Positions 48,667-58,351 of a stretch of 64,000 nt of DNA are shown here, piece after piece. The DNA is from Candidatus Parcubacteria bacterium. GTDB taxonomy: Bacteria; Patescibacteriota; Minisyncoccia; UBA6257; HR35. A program made the position numbers and the translations under genes. Positions within the stretch are counted from its first letter, which is position 1; each line of letters begins with the position of its first letter. The stretch spans positions 70,470 through 134,469 of the forward strand of contig BPJG01000001.1 in assembly GCA_026004495.1 (NCBI GenBank). The letters are read 5' to 3'. The notes beneath the pieces are model-generated. The model had not been told where the DNA came from. It saw only the letters and a program-made list of their open reading frames with translations, and did no database searches.

Positions 48667-49901
48667 ACAAAAAATTGATTTCGACAGATTTTTTCCCAAA
48701 TTTTGAAGATGATGATTATTTATTGATAAAAAAAATTTTAAAAAATAAGAACAGCTGGCAAGAGGGAAGGGAATTAGAAATTTTAGAATATGAATTAAAA
48801 AAATTTTTTCCCAAAGGAGAAATATTTTTATTTACTACCGAAAGAGGTGCCTTAGAATATTTTTTGAAATTTTATTTAAAAAAAACAAAACATAAAAAAG
48901 TAGCTACCCAAGCCTTTACTTGTTTTGTAATACCCAAATCAATTATCAATGCTGGTGGAATTCCTATTTATATTGATATATCTGAAGGTTATTTAAATTT
49001 TACTCAAAAAGAATTAGAAAAAGTATTTAAAAATAACCAAGATATTTCAGTGATTATTCTACAAAATACATTTGGGGTTCCTAACGATTTAAATAAAATT
49101 TTAGGCTTTTTAAAAGACAAAAATTGTTTAATTATTGAAAACTTAGCTCATAGTTTTGGAGCTAAATTTAACAGTTATTATTTAGGAAATTTTGGTGATA
49201 TTGCCTTAATTAGTTTTGGTAGAAGCAAGGTTATATCTTCAATTTTTGGAGGCGTATTAATAATTAATGACAAACAATTAGCTGAGGAATTTAAAAACTA
49301 CTATAAAGAATTAGACTATCCTTCAAAATCATTCATTATTAAATGCTTGATCTATGCCTTAAATATGGGACATTTAAGGAATAATTTTACTATTTATGGT
49401 AAATATTTAATGTATTTAATTAGAAAATTAAATTTAGCTGTTTTAGAAATTTCAACAAAAGAAAAAAATGGTTTAACAGAAAATTATTCAATTAAAAAAT
49501 TACCTAATTCTTTTGCTATTATAGCGCTCAATCAATTAAAAAAAATTTTTAAATTCAGTGATCATCGTAAAAAAATTTCTAAAATTTATATTAAAGAAGG
49601 GTTAATACCTTATGGCGAAGTTTATAATGAAGCTGAATATTATTACTTAAGATTACCCCTAACAAATGTTAAACCACAAAAATTAATTGATAGCCTTAAA
49701 AAATATAACATCTATTTAGGTAATTGGTATAATTCAGCCCTAGCTCCACTTACACGAAGATTAGACAGATTTGGTTATTATTATGGAATGTGTCCTAATG
49801 CAGAAAAATTAGCTTTATCAATTTATAATTTACCTACCAACATTTTAACAACCCCAGATGATGCTTATTTAATAGTAGAATTAATTAAAAAATGGAATTA
49901 A
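48663..49901 (+). CDS. DegT/DnrJ/EryC1/StrS-family PLP-dependent aminotransferase
   Basis: ISFGRSKVIS (the Lys-containing block) and the general layout. Confidence 0.72.
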   Translation: MNKKLISTDFFPNFEDDDYLLIKKILKNKNSWQEGRELEILEYELKKFFPKGEIFLFTTERGALEYFLKFYLKKTKHKKVATQAFTCFVIPKSIINAGGIPIYIDISEGYLNFTQKELEKVFKNNQDISVIILQNTFGVPNDLNKILGFLKDKNCLIIENLAHSFGAKFNSYYLGNFGDIALISFGRSKVISSIFGGVLIINDKQLAEEFKNYYKELDYPSKSFIIKCLIYALNMGHLRNNFTIYGKYLMYLIRKLNLAVLEISTKEKNGLTENYSIKKLPNSFAIIALNQLKKIFKFSDHRKKISKIYIKEGLIPYGEVYNEAEYYYLRLPLTNVKPQKLIDSLKKYNIYLGNWYNSALAPLTRRLDRFGYYYGMCPNAEKLALSIYNLPTNILTTPDDAYLIVELIKKWN

Positions 49902-50905
49902 AAGATATATCAGAAAAAGATTATAAAAATTTTATTAAAGAACAGAAACCAATATCTTTTCTCCATAATTATGAATGGGGTGAGGTAGAAAAAAAATTAG
50001 GTAAAGAATTTTTTAGATTTGGAATTTATAAATCTCAAACTCTTATTGCTGTAGTTCAAATTATAGGTCATAAATCTAAGAGAGGTAATTTTTTAACAAT
50101 TTCTCATGGTCCTATAATTAATCCAAATTTTAAAGAAAATTTCTTAGAAATAATTGATTTAATTATAGAAAAAATTAAAAAATTAAATTTGAAAAAAAAA
50201 TATTCATTTCTAAGAGTAAATTTTTTATTTGAAAATTCAGAAGAAATTTTAAAAAATTTGATAGTCAGAAAATTTAAATTAGCTCCACGCTGGTTTGTAA
50301 GTGAAAATTTTTGGATTAAAGAAATAGATAAAACAGAAGAAGATTTACTAAAAGAAATGGATAATAATCACCGAAAGCAAATTTTAGATTCACTAACAAA
50401 GCCATATTTAGAAATAGAGAAATCAGATAAAATTGAAACAATAAAAATATTTTGGGATTTATATAAGAATTTAGCTAAAGAAAAAAATTTTATTCCGTAT
50501 AGCTACAATCTTATAAAAAATGAATTTGAAATATTTACTAAAGAAGATAAAGCCCTCTGGTATTTAGGTAAAATTGAAAATAAGTATTATTCAGCAGCTC
50601 TAATAATTTTTGATAATAATTTTGCCTATTATCATCATTCTGCTTCTATAAAAATAAAAGAGCCATTAAACTATAAATTGCAATGGCAAATTATCTTAGA
50701 CGCTAGACAAAGAGGGTGTAAATTTTATAATATGTGGGGAATAACAAATCAAGGTAAAGAACATCCTTGGTATGGTTTAACTCAATTTAAAAAAGGTTTT
50801 GGTGGAAAAATGATTAATTTCTTGCCGACATTAGATTTTCGCTTAAACTGGAAATATTATTTAACTTATGCTTACGAAAAAATATATAAAAAAATAAAAA
50901 ATTAA
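49892..50905 (+). CDS. FemAB-family peptidyltransferase (peptidoglycan interpeptide bridge formation)
   Basis: ...YYHHSASIK...LQWQIILDARQRGCKFYNMWGI...LTQFKKGFGG. Confidence 0.72.
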   Translation: MELKDISEKDYKNFIKEQKPISFLHNYEWGEVEKKLGKEFFRFGIYKSQTLIAVVQIIGHKSKRGNFLTISHGPIINPNFKENFLEIIDLIIEKIKKLNLKKKYSFLRVNFLFENSEEILKNLIVRKFKLAPRWFVSENFWIKEIDKTEEDLLKEMDNNHRKQILDSLTKPYLEIEKSDKIETIKIFWDLYKNLAKEKNFIPYSYNLIKNEFEIFTKEDKALWYLGKIENKYYSAALIIFDNNFAYYHHSASIKIKEPLNYKLQWQIILDARQRGCKFYNMWGITNQGKEHPWYGLTQFKKGFGGKMINFLPTLDFRLNWKYYLTYAYEKIYKKIKN

Positions 50906-50953
50906 TATTAAAAATAGATTATGGTATAATAATATAAAAATTGTAAATTTTCT

Positions 50954-51038
50954 GCCCGGGTGGCGGAATTGGAAGACGCGTATGACTCAAAATCATATGG
51001 GTGAAAACCTGTGTGGGTTCGAGTCCCACCCCGGGCAA
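50954..51038 (+). tRNA. tRNA-Leu (anticodon CAA), long variable arm, no encoded CCA
   Basis: Manual cloverleaf: acceptor GCCCGGG/CCCGGGC, anticodon loop CUCAAAA, T-arm GTGGG-TTCGAGT-CCCAC. Confidence 0.85.
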
Positions 51039-51091
51039 TTAAATTTTAATTTTTAAAATAACATTGATAAAATAAAAAATAGTTAATAAAA

Positions 51092-51164
51092 GCCCCCATA
51101 GCTCAATTGGTAGAGCAGCTGGCTCTTAACCAGAAGGCTGGAGGTTCAAATCCTCCTGGGGGCA
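51092..51164 (+). tRNA. tRNA-Lys (anticodon CUU)
   Basis: Acceptor GCCCCCA/TGGGGGC, D-arm GCTC-AATTGGTA-GAGC, anticodon loop CUCUUAA, T-arm GGAGG-TTCAAAT-CCTCC. Confidence 0.85.
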
Positions 51165-51182
51165 AAGTAGATTAAGAATAAA

Positions 51183-52190
51183 ATGGAAAATAAATTTAAA
51201 AATATAAAAAGACAATTAGAAAATATTATTAAAAAAAATCCCTACTTAGGTAGTCTTTATGATTATTTTCTTAATTTAATCTACAAAGAAAGAAGAAATA
51301 TAGAAGAAGCTCAAGATATAGCAAATGTCATTAGATATTTATTTAACCCTCTTGAAAGTCATATAAAAGATTTAAATATTATATTAGAAAATTTTAGTAG
51401 TCTACCATACTTCAACGAGCAAGAAAAATTAATTATAAATAAATTAAAAAATGATTTACAAATTATATATCCACCAACTAAAATCTTGAAATTTATTACT
51501 AATTTTTCTGAAAAAATTTATTTTCTTTTTAGAAAATATGAAGATGAAATAAATAAAATTAATCAAGAAACTATTCCTTGGAGTGAATTTTATCCAACTT
51601 TAAATAACTTGATAGACGATTATTTTAAAGATTTAGATAGTATAGTTAAAAATGAACTTCAAAAAGAAAGGCGGTGTATATATATCGTTTATAGGTTATT
51701 AAAAAATACAATTCAAGAAATAAAAAATTTATTTAATTCAAAAAATGCTGAAGTTAAAAATATTTTAAGACAACAAATAGAAGCAATAGAATTAGAATCA
51801 AACGATTATTTAACTTTAAACATTATTGAAAATAATTTTAAAAATAGAATTGATGATCTTTTAAAGGAGCCTATAAATTATTTAATTTTAGATAAAGCAT
51901 TAGAAAATGAAACTATTGGACCATCCCAAGAGCATCTTTTTAGTTTAATCAAAGAAGGTAAAGATTTAGAAATGGATCAAGAATATCTAGATAAGCTAAG
52001 AATTGAATCTAATATTGAAGAAAATTTAAGACAATTGAATGTTTCTTATATAATTGATAAAATAAAAGATGAATTCTTAATTATACAATCTTATTTTTGG
52101 TATGGCACGGATTTAGATACATTCAATGACATTACATATATAACATTAGATCAAAAATTAAGATTATTAAAAGAATTAATAGAAGAATAG
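51183..52190 (+). CDS. Hypothetical protein
   Basis: 335-aa ORF. Confidence 0.35.
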   Translation: MENKFKNIKRQLENIIKKNPYLGSLYDYFLNLIYKERRNIEEAQDIANVIRYLFNPLESHIKDLNIILENFSSLPYFNEQEKLIINKLKNDLQIIYPPTKILKFITNFSEKIYFLFRKYEDEINKINQETIPWSEFYPTLNNLIDDYFKDLDSIVKNELQKERRCIYIVYRLLKNTIQEIKNLFNSKNAEVKNILRQQIEAIELESNDYLTLNIIENNFKNRIDDLLKEPINYLILDKALENETIGPSQEHLFSLIKEGKDLEMDQEYLDKLRIESNIEENLRQLNVSYIIDKIKDEFLIIQSYFWYGTDLDTFNDITYITLDQKLRLLKELIEE

Positions 52191-52216
52191 AAAAACAATA
52201 ATTTATTTTAATTAAT

Positions 52217-53026
52217 TTATAAACCTAAAACTTTAATTTCTTCTATTATTTTTTTAATTTTATTGGTATCTATTTTTGTTTTCTGAGAAATATTTTCTAT
52301 ACTATCTCTTAGTAAATCATTTGTTAAAACATAATGATTTTCGATAAATTTCTTTATTATAAATTTATTGGCATTGAGAATTATAGTTACTGGATATAAA
52401 TTTTTATCTTCTATTAATCTTTCTAAAGATTCGTCTGGGGGGTAATGCCAGGCAGTTAATCTTATATTTCGACAATTAGCGAAATTAATTGCCTCGGCTG
52501 AAATTTGAGTATTGGTAACTAACCATGGAATCAAATAGGGATACTTTTCATTTATATCAATCCATCTACCATAAATATATAAAACATTTTTTAGGTCTGA
52601 TCTTATTTCAAAAGAATTGTGAAATTTACATTCAATTATATATTTTTTTTCTTCTTTAATAGCAACTATATCTATTTCGTAATTTAAACATTTACCTTCA
52701 ATAAATTCGTTAATTATGGTATCATAACCATATTCAGCCAAAATTTTAGCAAAATACTGCTCAAAGGGATAGCCCGTAGGTCCCAAATCAAAAATGGCTC
52801 TCTTTAAATTATAACGAAGTGCATAATAATGATTAATTTTTTTTAATTCTTTTATGGTCAATTTGAAAATATCAGAACTTTTAGATACTAAAGGTAATTT
52901 ATTATAGATTCTACGACAAATATTATTAGCAGCTGGATAATCAATCCCGATCCTGCTTAAACTATTACAAAATTTTTCTTCATTAAAAATTTCTTCTTCG
53001 CCAAATTTTTTAATTATTTTTTTCAT
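52217..53026 (-). CDS. ATP-cone domain fused to a PD-(D/E)XK (Mrr-like) restriction-endonuclease-like domain
   Basis: The N-terminus (GEEEIFNEEKFCNSLSRIGI) is ATP-cone-like. The core EIDIVAIKEEKKYIIECKF has a D...E.K nuclease motif. Confidence 0.55.
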   Translation of the reverse strand: MKKIIKKFGEEEIFNEEKFCNSLSRIGIDYPAANNICRRIYNKLPLVSKSSDIFKLTIKELKKINHYYALRYNLKRAIFDLGPTGYPFEQYFAKILAEYGYDTIINEFIEGKCLNYEIDIVAIKEEKKYIIECKFHNSFEIRSDLKNVLYIYGRWIDINEKYPYLIPWLVTNTQISAEAINFANCRNIRLTAWHYPPDESLERLIEDKNLYPVTIILNANKFIIKKFIENHYVLTNDLLRDSIENISQKTKIDTNKIKKIIEEIKVLGL

Positions 53027-53784
53027 TTTTTTTTAAAAATAAAAAACATATCGAAAATTTCTTTGAGCGATAAATTTCTTGGTCTTTTTAAAAGTAAATT
53101 TTTATCTTTAATTTTATATATTTCTTTTGAATAAAATCTTTTTAAATTATTGAGAACAGTTCTTTTATTATTAATAAAAAATCTTTTAAGAAACATTTCA
53201 AAATCTTCAACTTCTGAAATGAGAGGCTGTGAATAAAAAGAAAATTTAAGAGCTATTGAATCAACCTTGGGGGTAGGGAAGAAATATTTATTTTTGATTA
53301 CCATAATTTTTTTTATTTCAGTAAAATTTCTTATAAAACAGTGTAAAAAATTATTACCATTTTCACCTAAAATTTTTTGACCATATTCTTTCTGTAAAAC
53401 CAAAACAGCTATTTTAGGATGATTATCTTTATTAAATATTTTTCTTAAAATCTTGCCAGTAATAAAATAAGGTATATTACCTATGAGCAAAAAATCATTA
53501 TTAAATTTCTTTAAATTGCTTTTTAAAAAATCTTTATTAATTATTTTTACATTTTTATAGTTCTTAAATCTTTCTTCTAAAAATTTTGATAAATTTTTAT
53601 CAATTTCATAAACTATTAATTTTTTTGCTGATAATAAAAATTGAGTTAAATTACCACTACCACCTCCTATTTCAATAATTGTTTCGTTGTGGATAACTCC
53701 CAAGCTATTAGCTAAAAACATCAAAAATTTAGTATTTTTTAAAAAATATTGACCCAATGTTTTTTTTAACCTAAATCTTATCAT
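53023..53784 (-). CDS. rsmA: 16S rRNA (adenine1518/1519-N6)-dimethyltransferase
   Basis: LGQYFLKN... and IIEIGGGSGNLTQFL. Confidence 0.85.
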   Translation of the reverse strand: MIRFRLKKTLGQYFLKNTKFLMFLANSLGVIHNETIIEIGGGSGNLTQFLLSAKKLIVYEIDKNLSKFLEERFKNYKNVKIINKDFLKSNLKKFNNDFLLIGNIPYFITGKILRKIFNKDNHPKIAVLVLQKEYGQKILGENGNNFLHCFIRNFTEIKKIMVIKNKYFFPTPKVDSIALKFSFYSQPLISEVEDFEMFLKRFFINNKRTVLNNLKRFYSKEIYKIKDKNLLLKRPRNLSLKEIFDMFFIFKKK

Positions 53785-54144
53785 AAATTAATTATATGTT
53801 ATAATAGTATTTATCAGAAAATTTTAAATAAAATTAATAATATTTTAATTATAGGTAATTGTCGAAATTAAATTCTAAGAATAAAGAAAATTAGTAGGTT
53901 ACTAGTTTTTATTTTAATTTTAACAATCTATTTTACAATTAATTTTGATAAAGAATCATCTTTACCTGATGAAAATATAAGTTATTCGAGTAATAATTAT
54001 GAAAATTTTATTATAGATAGTAATTTTAACAACGATTTAATATCAATAGATAACCAATCTATTGAAATTAGTTCAGATATTGCTTATTTAGTTAATAGCA
54101 ATATAAATAATAATTATTTTATTGAAAATAAGAAAAAATTAGAA

Positions 54145-54759
54145 ATGTCAATTGCCGAAAATCTAGTCATTAATAATAATAAATATTTAAAGTATATGGT
54201 TAAAAAGGGAGATAATTTAGAAAAAATAGCTAAATCATTTGGTTTAAGCGTAAAAGAAATAAAAAATATTAACAATTTAAAAAATGATAAGATAATAGCA
54301 GGAAAAATATTATTAATACCATCAAACGTAAAAATAACGGCTAAAATTAATAATAATGAAAAAAAGTATAAAATTAAACCAGAATATGTATCAGCCCTAA
54401 CAGAAATTAATGGTTTATTAATACCAACAGATGGTATTAACCAAAAACATGTCCATTCCAACAATGGAGTAGATATTTCAACAGATTGTGGAATGCCAGT
54501 ATATTCAGCTGCAGATGGAATAGTTATTAAAGCCGAATCAAGCGGTTATAATGGTGGTTATGGAAATTATATACTTATCCAACACAGAAATTTTGAAACA
54601 TTATATGGTCATTTGTCAAGAGTTTTTGTAAATTCAGGAGATAATGTTTCTAAGGGAGAATTAATAGGATTAGTAGGCAATACAGGATATACAATTGGAT
54701 TAACAGGTTGCCATCTTCATTTTGAAACCCGTGGCTTAAAAAACCCTTTATCTAAATAA
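54145..54759 (+). CDS. LysM-domain M23 peptidase. The true start is probably upstream: an in-frame TM segment lies at 53872-54144 without a canonical start codon
   Basis: LysM YMVKKGDNLEKIAKSFGLSVKEIKNIN. M23 HSNNGVDI...GNTGYTIGLTGCHLHFE. Confidence 0.72.
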   Translation: MSIAENLVINNNKYLKYMVKKGDNLEKIAKSFGLSVKEIKNINNLKNDKIIAGKILLIPSNVKITAKINNNEKKYKIKPEYVSALTEINGLLIPTDGINQKHVHSNNGVDISTDCGMPVYSAADGIVIKAESSGYNGGYGNYILIQHRNFETLYGHLSRVFVNSGDNVSKGELIGLVGNTGYTIGLTGCHLHFETRGLKNPLSK

Positions 54760-54775
54760 TATAAAATAAATATTT

Positions 54776-54846
54776 TGCCCTCGCCAGGAATCGAACCTGG
54801 ATCTTAACCTCCGCAGGGTTACGTTTTTCCGTTAAACTACAAGGGC
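54776..54846 (-). tRNA. tRNA-Arg (anticodon GCG as read)
   Basis: The reverse complement folds as acceptor GCCCTTG/CGAGGGC, D-arm GTTT-AACGGAA-AAAC, anticodon stem TAACC/GGTTA with loop CUGCGGA, and T-arm CCAGG-TTCGATT-CCTGG. Confidence 0.7.
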
Positions 54847-55081
54847 TATTATTTTAAAATTAGAATTAAATTAATTATAAATTATCTCTTATAATCATAG
54901 AATTTTAACTAATTAAATTATAAATTTTTATAAATTTAAATTATAAATTAATTTTAGAATTAAATAGTTAAATATTTAAATATTTTTTATTTTTATTTTT
55001 TAATAATTTTAATTATAATTTAATTATATTTTAAAAAAATAATTAAAAATATTAATAAAAAATAATAAATTATCGAATAAT

Positions 55082-55152
55082 CGGGGTGTAGTATAGCGGC
55101 AGTACGCACCCTTGGGGTGGGTGTAGGCCGGGTTCAATTCCCGGCACCCCGA
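55082..55152 (+). tRNA. tRNA-Pro (anticodon GGG)
   Basis: Acceptor CGGGGTG/CACCCCG, anticodon stem CACCC/GGGTG with loop UUGGGGU, T-arm CCGGG-TTCAATT-CCCGG. Confidence 0.8.
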
Positions 55153-55308
55153 AAAATATTAGTAAAAAGATAAAATAGTAAATATATATAAAATATAATA
55201 AAAATATAAATATAAAATAAGATATTTTTATTAATTATTTTTTAGTTCGCAAAAGATATATTTTGCGAACTAAAAATTAAAGCTAAAATTAAATAAAATA
55301 TCCCTTGA

Positions 55309-56166
55309 TTAAACATAATAAAATAATCTCTGGTAAAGTATTATTTTTCTTTTTAATTTTTCTATTATCTTATCTAAAATTTTATAAGGAATAACAGTTT
55401 TTTCTTTAATCAATTTTGATAATTCTTCTTTCCAAATTTTTCTAAATTCGGTATTAATATGAATAATAGAAATACCATTATTAATTGCCTTAATAAAATC
55501 TTTTTTTGTTAATCCAGAGCCTCCATGTAAAACTAACGGTAGATTAACTTTATTTTTTATTTCTTTAATTAAATTAAAATTTAAAGTTATTTTTTTAAAT
55601 TCTTTATTTTTAAATTTTATTTTTTGGGGTATACCATGGACATTACCTACTGATATTGCCAGTAAATCAACTTTAGTTTGATCGACAAATTCTTTGGCTA
55701 AATCAGGTGAAGTAAAATATTCTTCTTTTAATTCAATAGTATTTTCAATATCTGAGTGGCCAGTTAAATAACCCAATTCTCCTTCAATTAAACTTTTTTT
55801 ATTATTTTTATTCCTATAATTAACAACTTTTTGAGTAATCAAAATATTTTTTTTAAAACTTAATTCGCTACCATCAAATAAAACAAAATCAAAATCATAA
55901 TCTATAGCTTCGTAAGCTTTTTTAATATTTTTAGTGTGATCAGCATTTGAATAAACTTTAATTCCCCTTTCTTTCGCTTCATCAATTAAATCTTCAAAAT
56001 AATTTATACCCCAAAACTTTCTTTCACCTTCAGAAACTCCAATAATTAAGGGAATCTTTGATTCTTTAACAGCTTCAATCCCTGCCTTAAATTGTTCAAA
56101 GGTAGAAACATTAATATGTAAAATGGCTTTCTTTTTTTTGCCTTGAAAAATATTTAAAACTTCCAT
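55309..56166 (-). CDS. fba: Class II fructose/ketose-bisphosphate aldolase
   Basis: NADHTKN (zinc-ligand block), GELGYLTGHS and VLHGGSG. Confidence 0.8.
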   Translation of the reverse strand: MEVLNIFQGKKKKAILHINVSTFEQFKAGIEAVKESKIPLIIGVSEGERKFWGINYFEDLIDEAKERGIKVYSNADHTKNIKKAYEAIDYDFDFVLFDGSELSFKKNILITQKVVNYRNKNNKKSLIEGELGYLTGHSDIENTIELKEEYFTSPDLAKEFVDQTKVDLLAISVGNVHGIPQKIKFKNKEFKKITLNFNLIKEIKNKVNLPLVLHGGSGLTKKDFIKAINNGISIIHINTEFRKIWKEELSKLIKEKTVIPYKILDKIIEKLKRKIILYQRLFYYV

Positions 56167-56376
56167 TTATTTTCTAAATATAATCCACAATATTAATGAA
56201 ATAAATAAACTTATTATTAAACTCGTAGCCAAAGGAAAATAAAAAGTAAAATTTTCCTTTTTAATTAATATATCCCCAGGAAGTAGGGGCAAGTTTATAA
56301 TTTTTGATTCAATCAACTTAATTAAAATTCCTATTCCTAATAAAATTAAAGAAAAATAAATTATTAAATTACCCAT
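56167..56376 (-). CDS. Small two-TM membrane protein (hypothetical)
   Basis: 69-aa hydrophobic ORF, adjacent to and co-directional with fba. Confidence 0.3.
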   Translation of the reverse strand: MGNLIIYFSLILLGIGILIKLIESKIINLPLLPGDILIKKENFTFYFPLATSLIISLFISLILWIIFRK

Positions 56377-56384
56377 TATTTTGT

Positions 56385-56753
56385 TTATGTTATCCTAATA
56401 ATTTTTTTAAAAATAGTTTTTTTAGGTTTTAATAATTTTTTAAAGTCTTTATAAGAATTTAATATCTGCTGATGATAATTTTTAGTAAAATTACAAATAA
56501 ATAAATCTAAATTAACTAAATTTTTTTCGGGCCAAGTATGAATTGAAAGATGAGAATTAGACAAAATAAATACTATTGTTGTTCCATTATTTTTTTTAAA
56601 TGTATGATAAAGATATTTAATAAATTTTATTTTGTTTATTTTGAGAATTTTTTTTATTTCTGTTAAAAAATAATTAAATTTAACTAAGTTAAAATCACAA
56701 TTAATAAAATCTACAGAAATTTGATAACTTCTTGAAAACTTTGTTGTTTTCAT
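56385..56753 (-). CDS. speH: S-adenosylmethionine decarboxylase proenzyme (SpeH/SpeD type); the intact copy
   Basis: ILSNSHLSIHTWPEKNLVNLDLFIC carries the AdoMetDC signature (ESHxSIHTWPE). Confidence 0.7.
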   Translation of the reverse strand: MKTTKFSRSYQISVDFINCDFNLVKFNYFLTEIKKILKINKIKFIKYLYHTFKKNNGTTIVFILSNSHLSIHTWPEKNLVNLDLFICNFTKNYHQQILNSYKDFKKLLKPKKTIFKKIIRIT

Positions 56754-56883
56754 ACAGTGTTAAGTTAAAATTAATTATATAAATAGTTTAAATATTAATT
56801 TAAAAAATTTAACTGAAATTAAAATAACCACTAAATTAGAATTATAATTTAAAAAAAATTAAAAAGCAAATAAAAATTTAAAA

Positions 56884-57375
56884 ATGCTAGCAGGAAGTCA
56901 TATTATTTTTGCTAATGCAATTTTTTCCAATTTAACTCAAAATAATTTTTCTGCTTTTATTTTAGGAATTATTTCTCATCATATAGCCGATAGATTACCT
57001 CATTTAGATTTAAATTTAATTAGACATACAAAATTTAATAATTTAGATTTTTTTAAACTTCCTCTCAAAATCCAATTAATTGTTTATGCAGAATTTTTAT
57101 TAGGTATATTTTTTGTTTATTATTATTTCATTGATAATTATAAAATAAACAATTTAATAGTATTTTATTTAAGCTTAGGAGCCATTTTCCCAGATCTAAT
57201 TAATATTTTTTTAAAAAATAAATTAGAAAAAATTCCGTTGATAAATTATTATGTAAAATTTCATAAAAATTTCCATTTTAAGCTAAAGGAAAATAGTAAA
57301 ACTAAAATTCTATTTTTACAAATAGTAGTTTTGTTATTTTCATTGTTTTTCTTCAGGTTAACATTAACTAATTAA
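56884..57375 (+). CDS. YdjM/DUF457-like membrane-bound metal-dependent hydrolase (probable)
   Basis: MLAGSHIIFANAIF...GIISHHIADRLPH. Confidence 0.45.
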   Translation: MLAGSHIIFANAIFSNLTQNNFSAFILGIISHHIADRLPHLDLNLIRHTKFNNLDFFKLPLKIQLIVYAEFLLGIFFVYYYFIDNYKINNLIVFYLSLGAIFPDLINIFLKNKLEKIPLINYYVKFHKNFHFKLKENSKTKILFLQIVVLLFSLFFFRLTLTN

Positions 57376-58351
57376 TATAATTTTTTACAATATTTAAACA
57401 ATCATTTTTATTTTTTACCCAAATTAAATCTTTCATTTTTATTAACTCTCTATACTGTTTGCGAGCAAATCTTCTTATATCACGATAGCAATTTTCGAAA
57501 ATATTTTGATAAAAATTATCTCTTTTTAGAATTATGAATTTATTATAATCAAAACTTTTTATTTCTAAATTTTTTACTAATAAACCAAACCAACGATATT
57601 CAAGACCAAAATTAATTATTCTTTCAAAACTTAATCCCCTTCTCTTTAATTTTAAAATCTCTAAAATTATTCTAAAGCTTCTTACCTTTAATCTTTTTTT
57701 TATTTTATTTTCTAATTTATTCCAATCAAAATCTGGAGCTATAGTTAAAATATTATATTTAGGTGTCTTAACTAATTCTGGTATTGATCCTTGTTGTTTT
57801 ATTATTTCAATAGCTCTAATTAGTCTTCGCTTATTATTTTTGTCTATATTTTTAGCTCTTTCTTTATTTAAGCTGATCAAATATTTATAAAGTTCATCAA
57901 CTGATAATTTTTCCAATTCTTTTCTTAGATTATAATTAGGTTTTACCTTAGGTAATTGCCAGCCTTCTTTTAATGCCCTTAAATAAAGTATAGTTCCCCC
58001 ACAAATAATTATCTTTTTTGCTTTATTGTTTATATATCCTATTAATAAATCAATGTCTTCTAGCCATTTACCTAAGGAATAATTATATTTAGGATGTTGT
58101 TGGGAAATTAAATAATGAGGAATATTAAATTTTTTTGAATAACAGATAATAAACTTTTTATTTTTAAATCTAATTTCTTTTAGTTTATCTATTTCTATTT
58201 TTCCGCTTCCAACATCTAAAAATTTATAAACTTGCCTTGAATCTGCATTTATAATTTCTCCATCTATTTTTTTAGCCAACCAAATGGCTAAATCTGATTT
58301 GCCACTTGCTGTTAAGCCTGTAATAAAAATTAAATTAATATTATTCATCAC
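57368..58351 (-). CDS. miaA: tRNA dimethylallyltransferase
   Basis: IFITGLTASGKSDLAIWLAKKIDGEIINADSRQVYKFLDVGSGK. Confidence 0.85.
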   Translation of the reverse strand: MMNNINLIFITGLTASGKSDLAIWLAKKIDGEIINADSRQVYKFLDVGSGKIEIDKLKEIRFKNKKFIICYSKKFNIPHYLISQQHPKYNYSLGKWLEDIDLLIGYINNKAKKIIICGGTILYLRALKEGWQLPKVKPNYNLRKELEKLSVDELYKYLISLNKERAKNIDKNNKRRLIRAIEIIKQQGSIPELVKTPKYNILTIAPDFDWNKLENKIKKRLKVRSFRIILEILKLKRRGLSFERIINFGLEYRWFGLLVKNLEIKSFDYNKFIILKRDNFYQNIFENCYRDIRRFARKQYRELIKMKDLIWVKNKNDCLNIVKNYIN

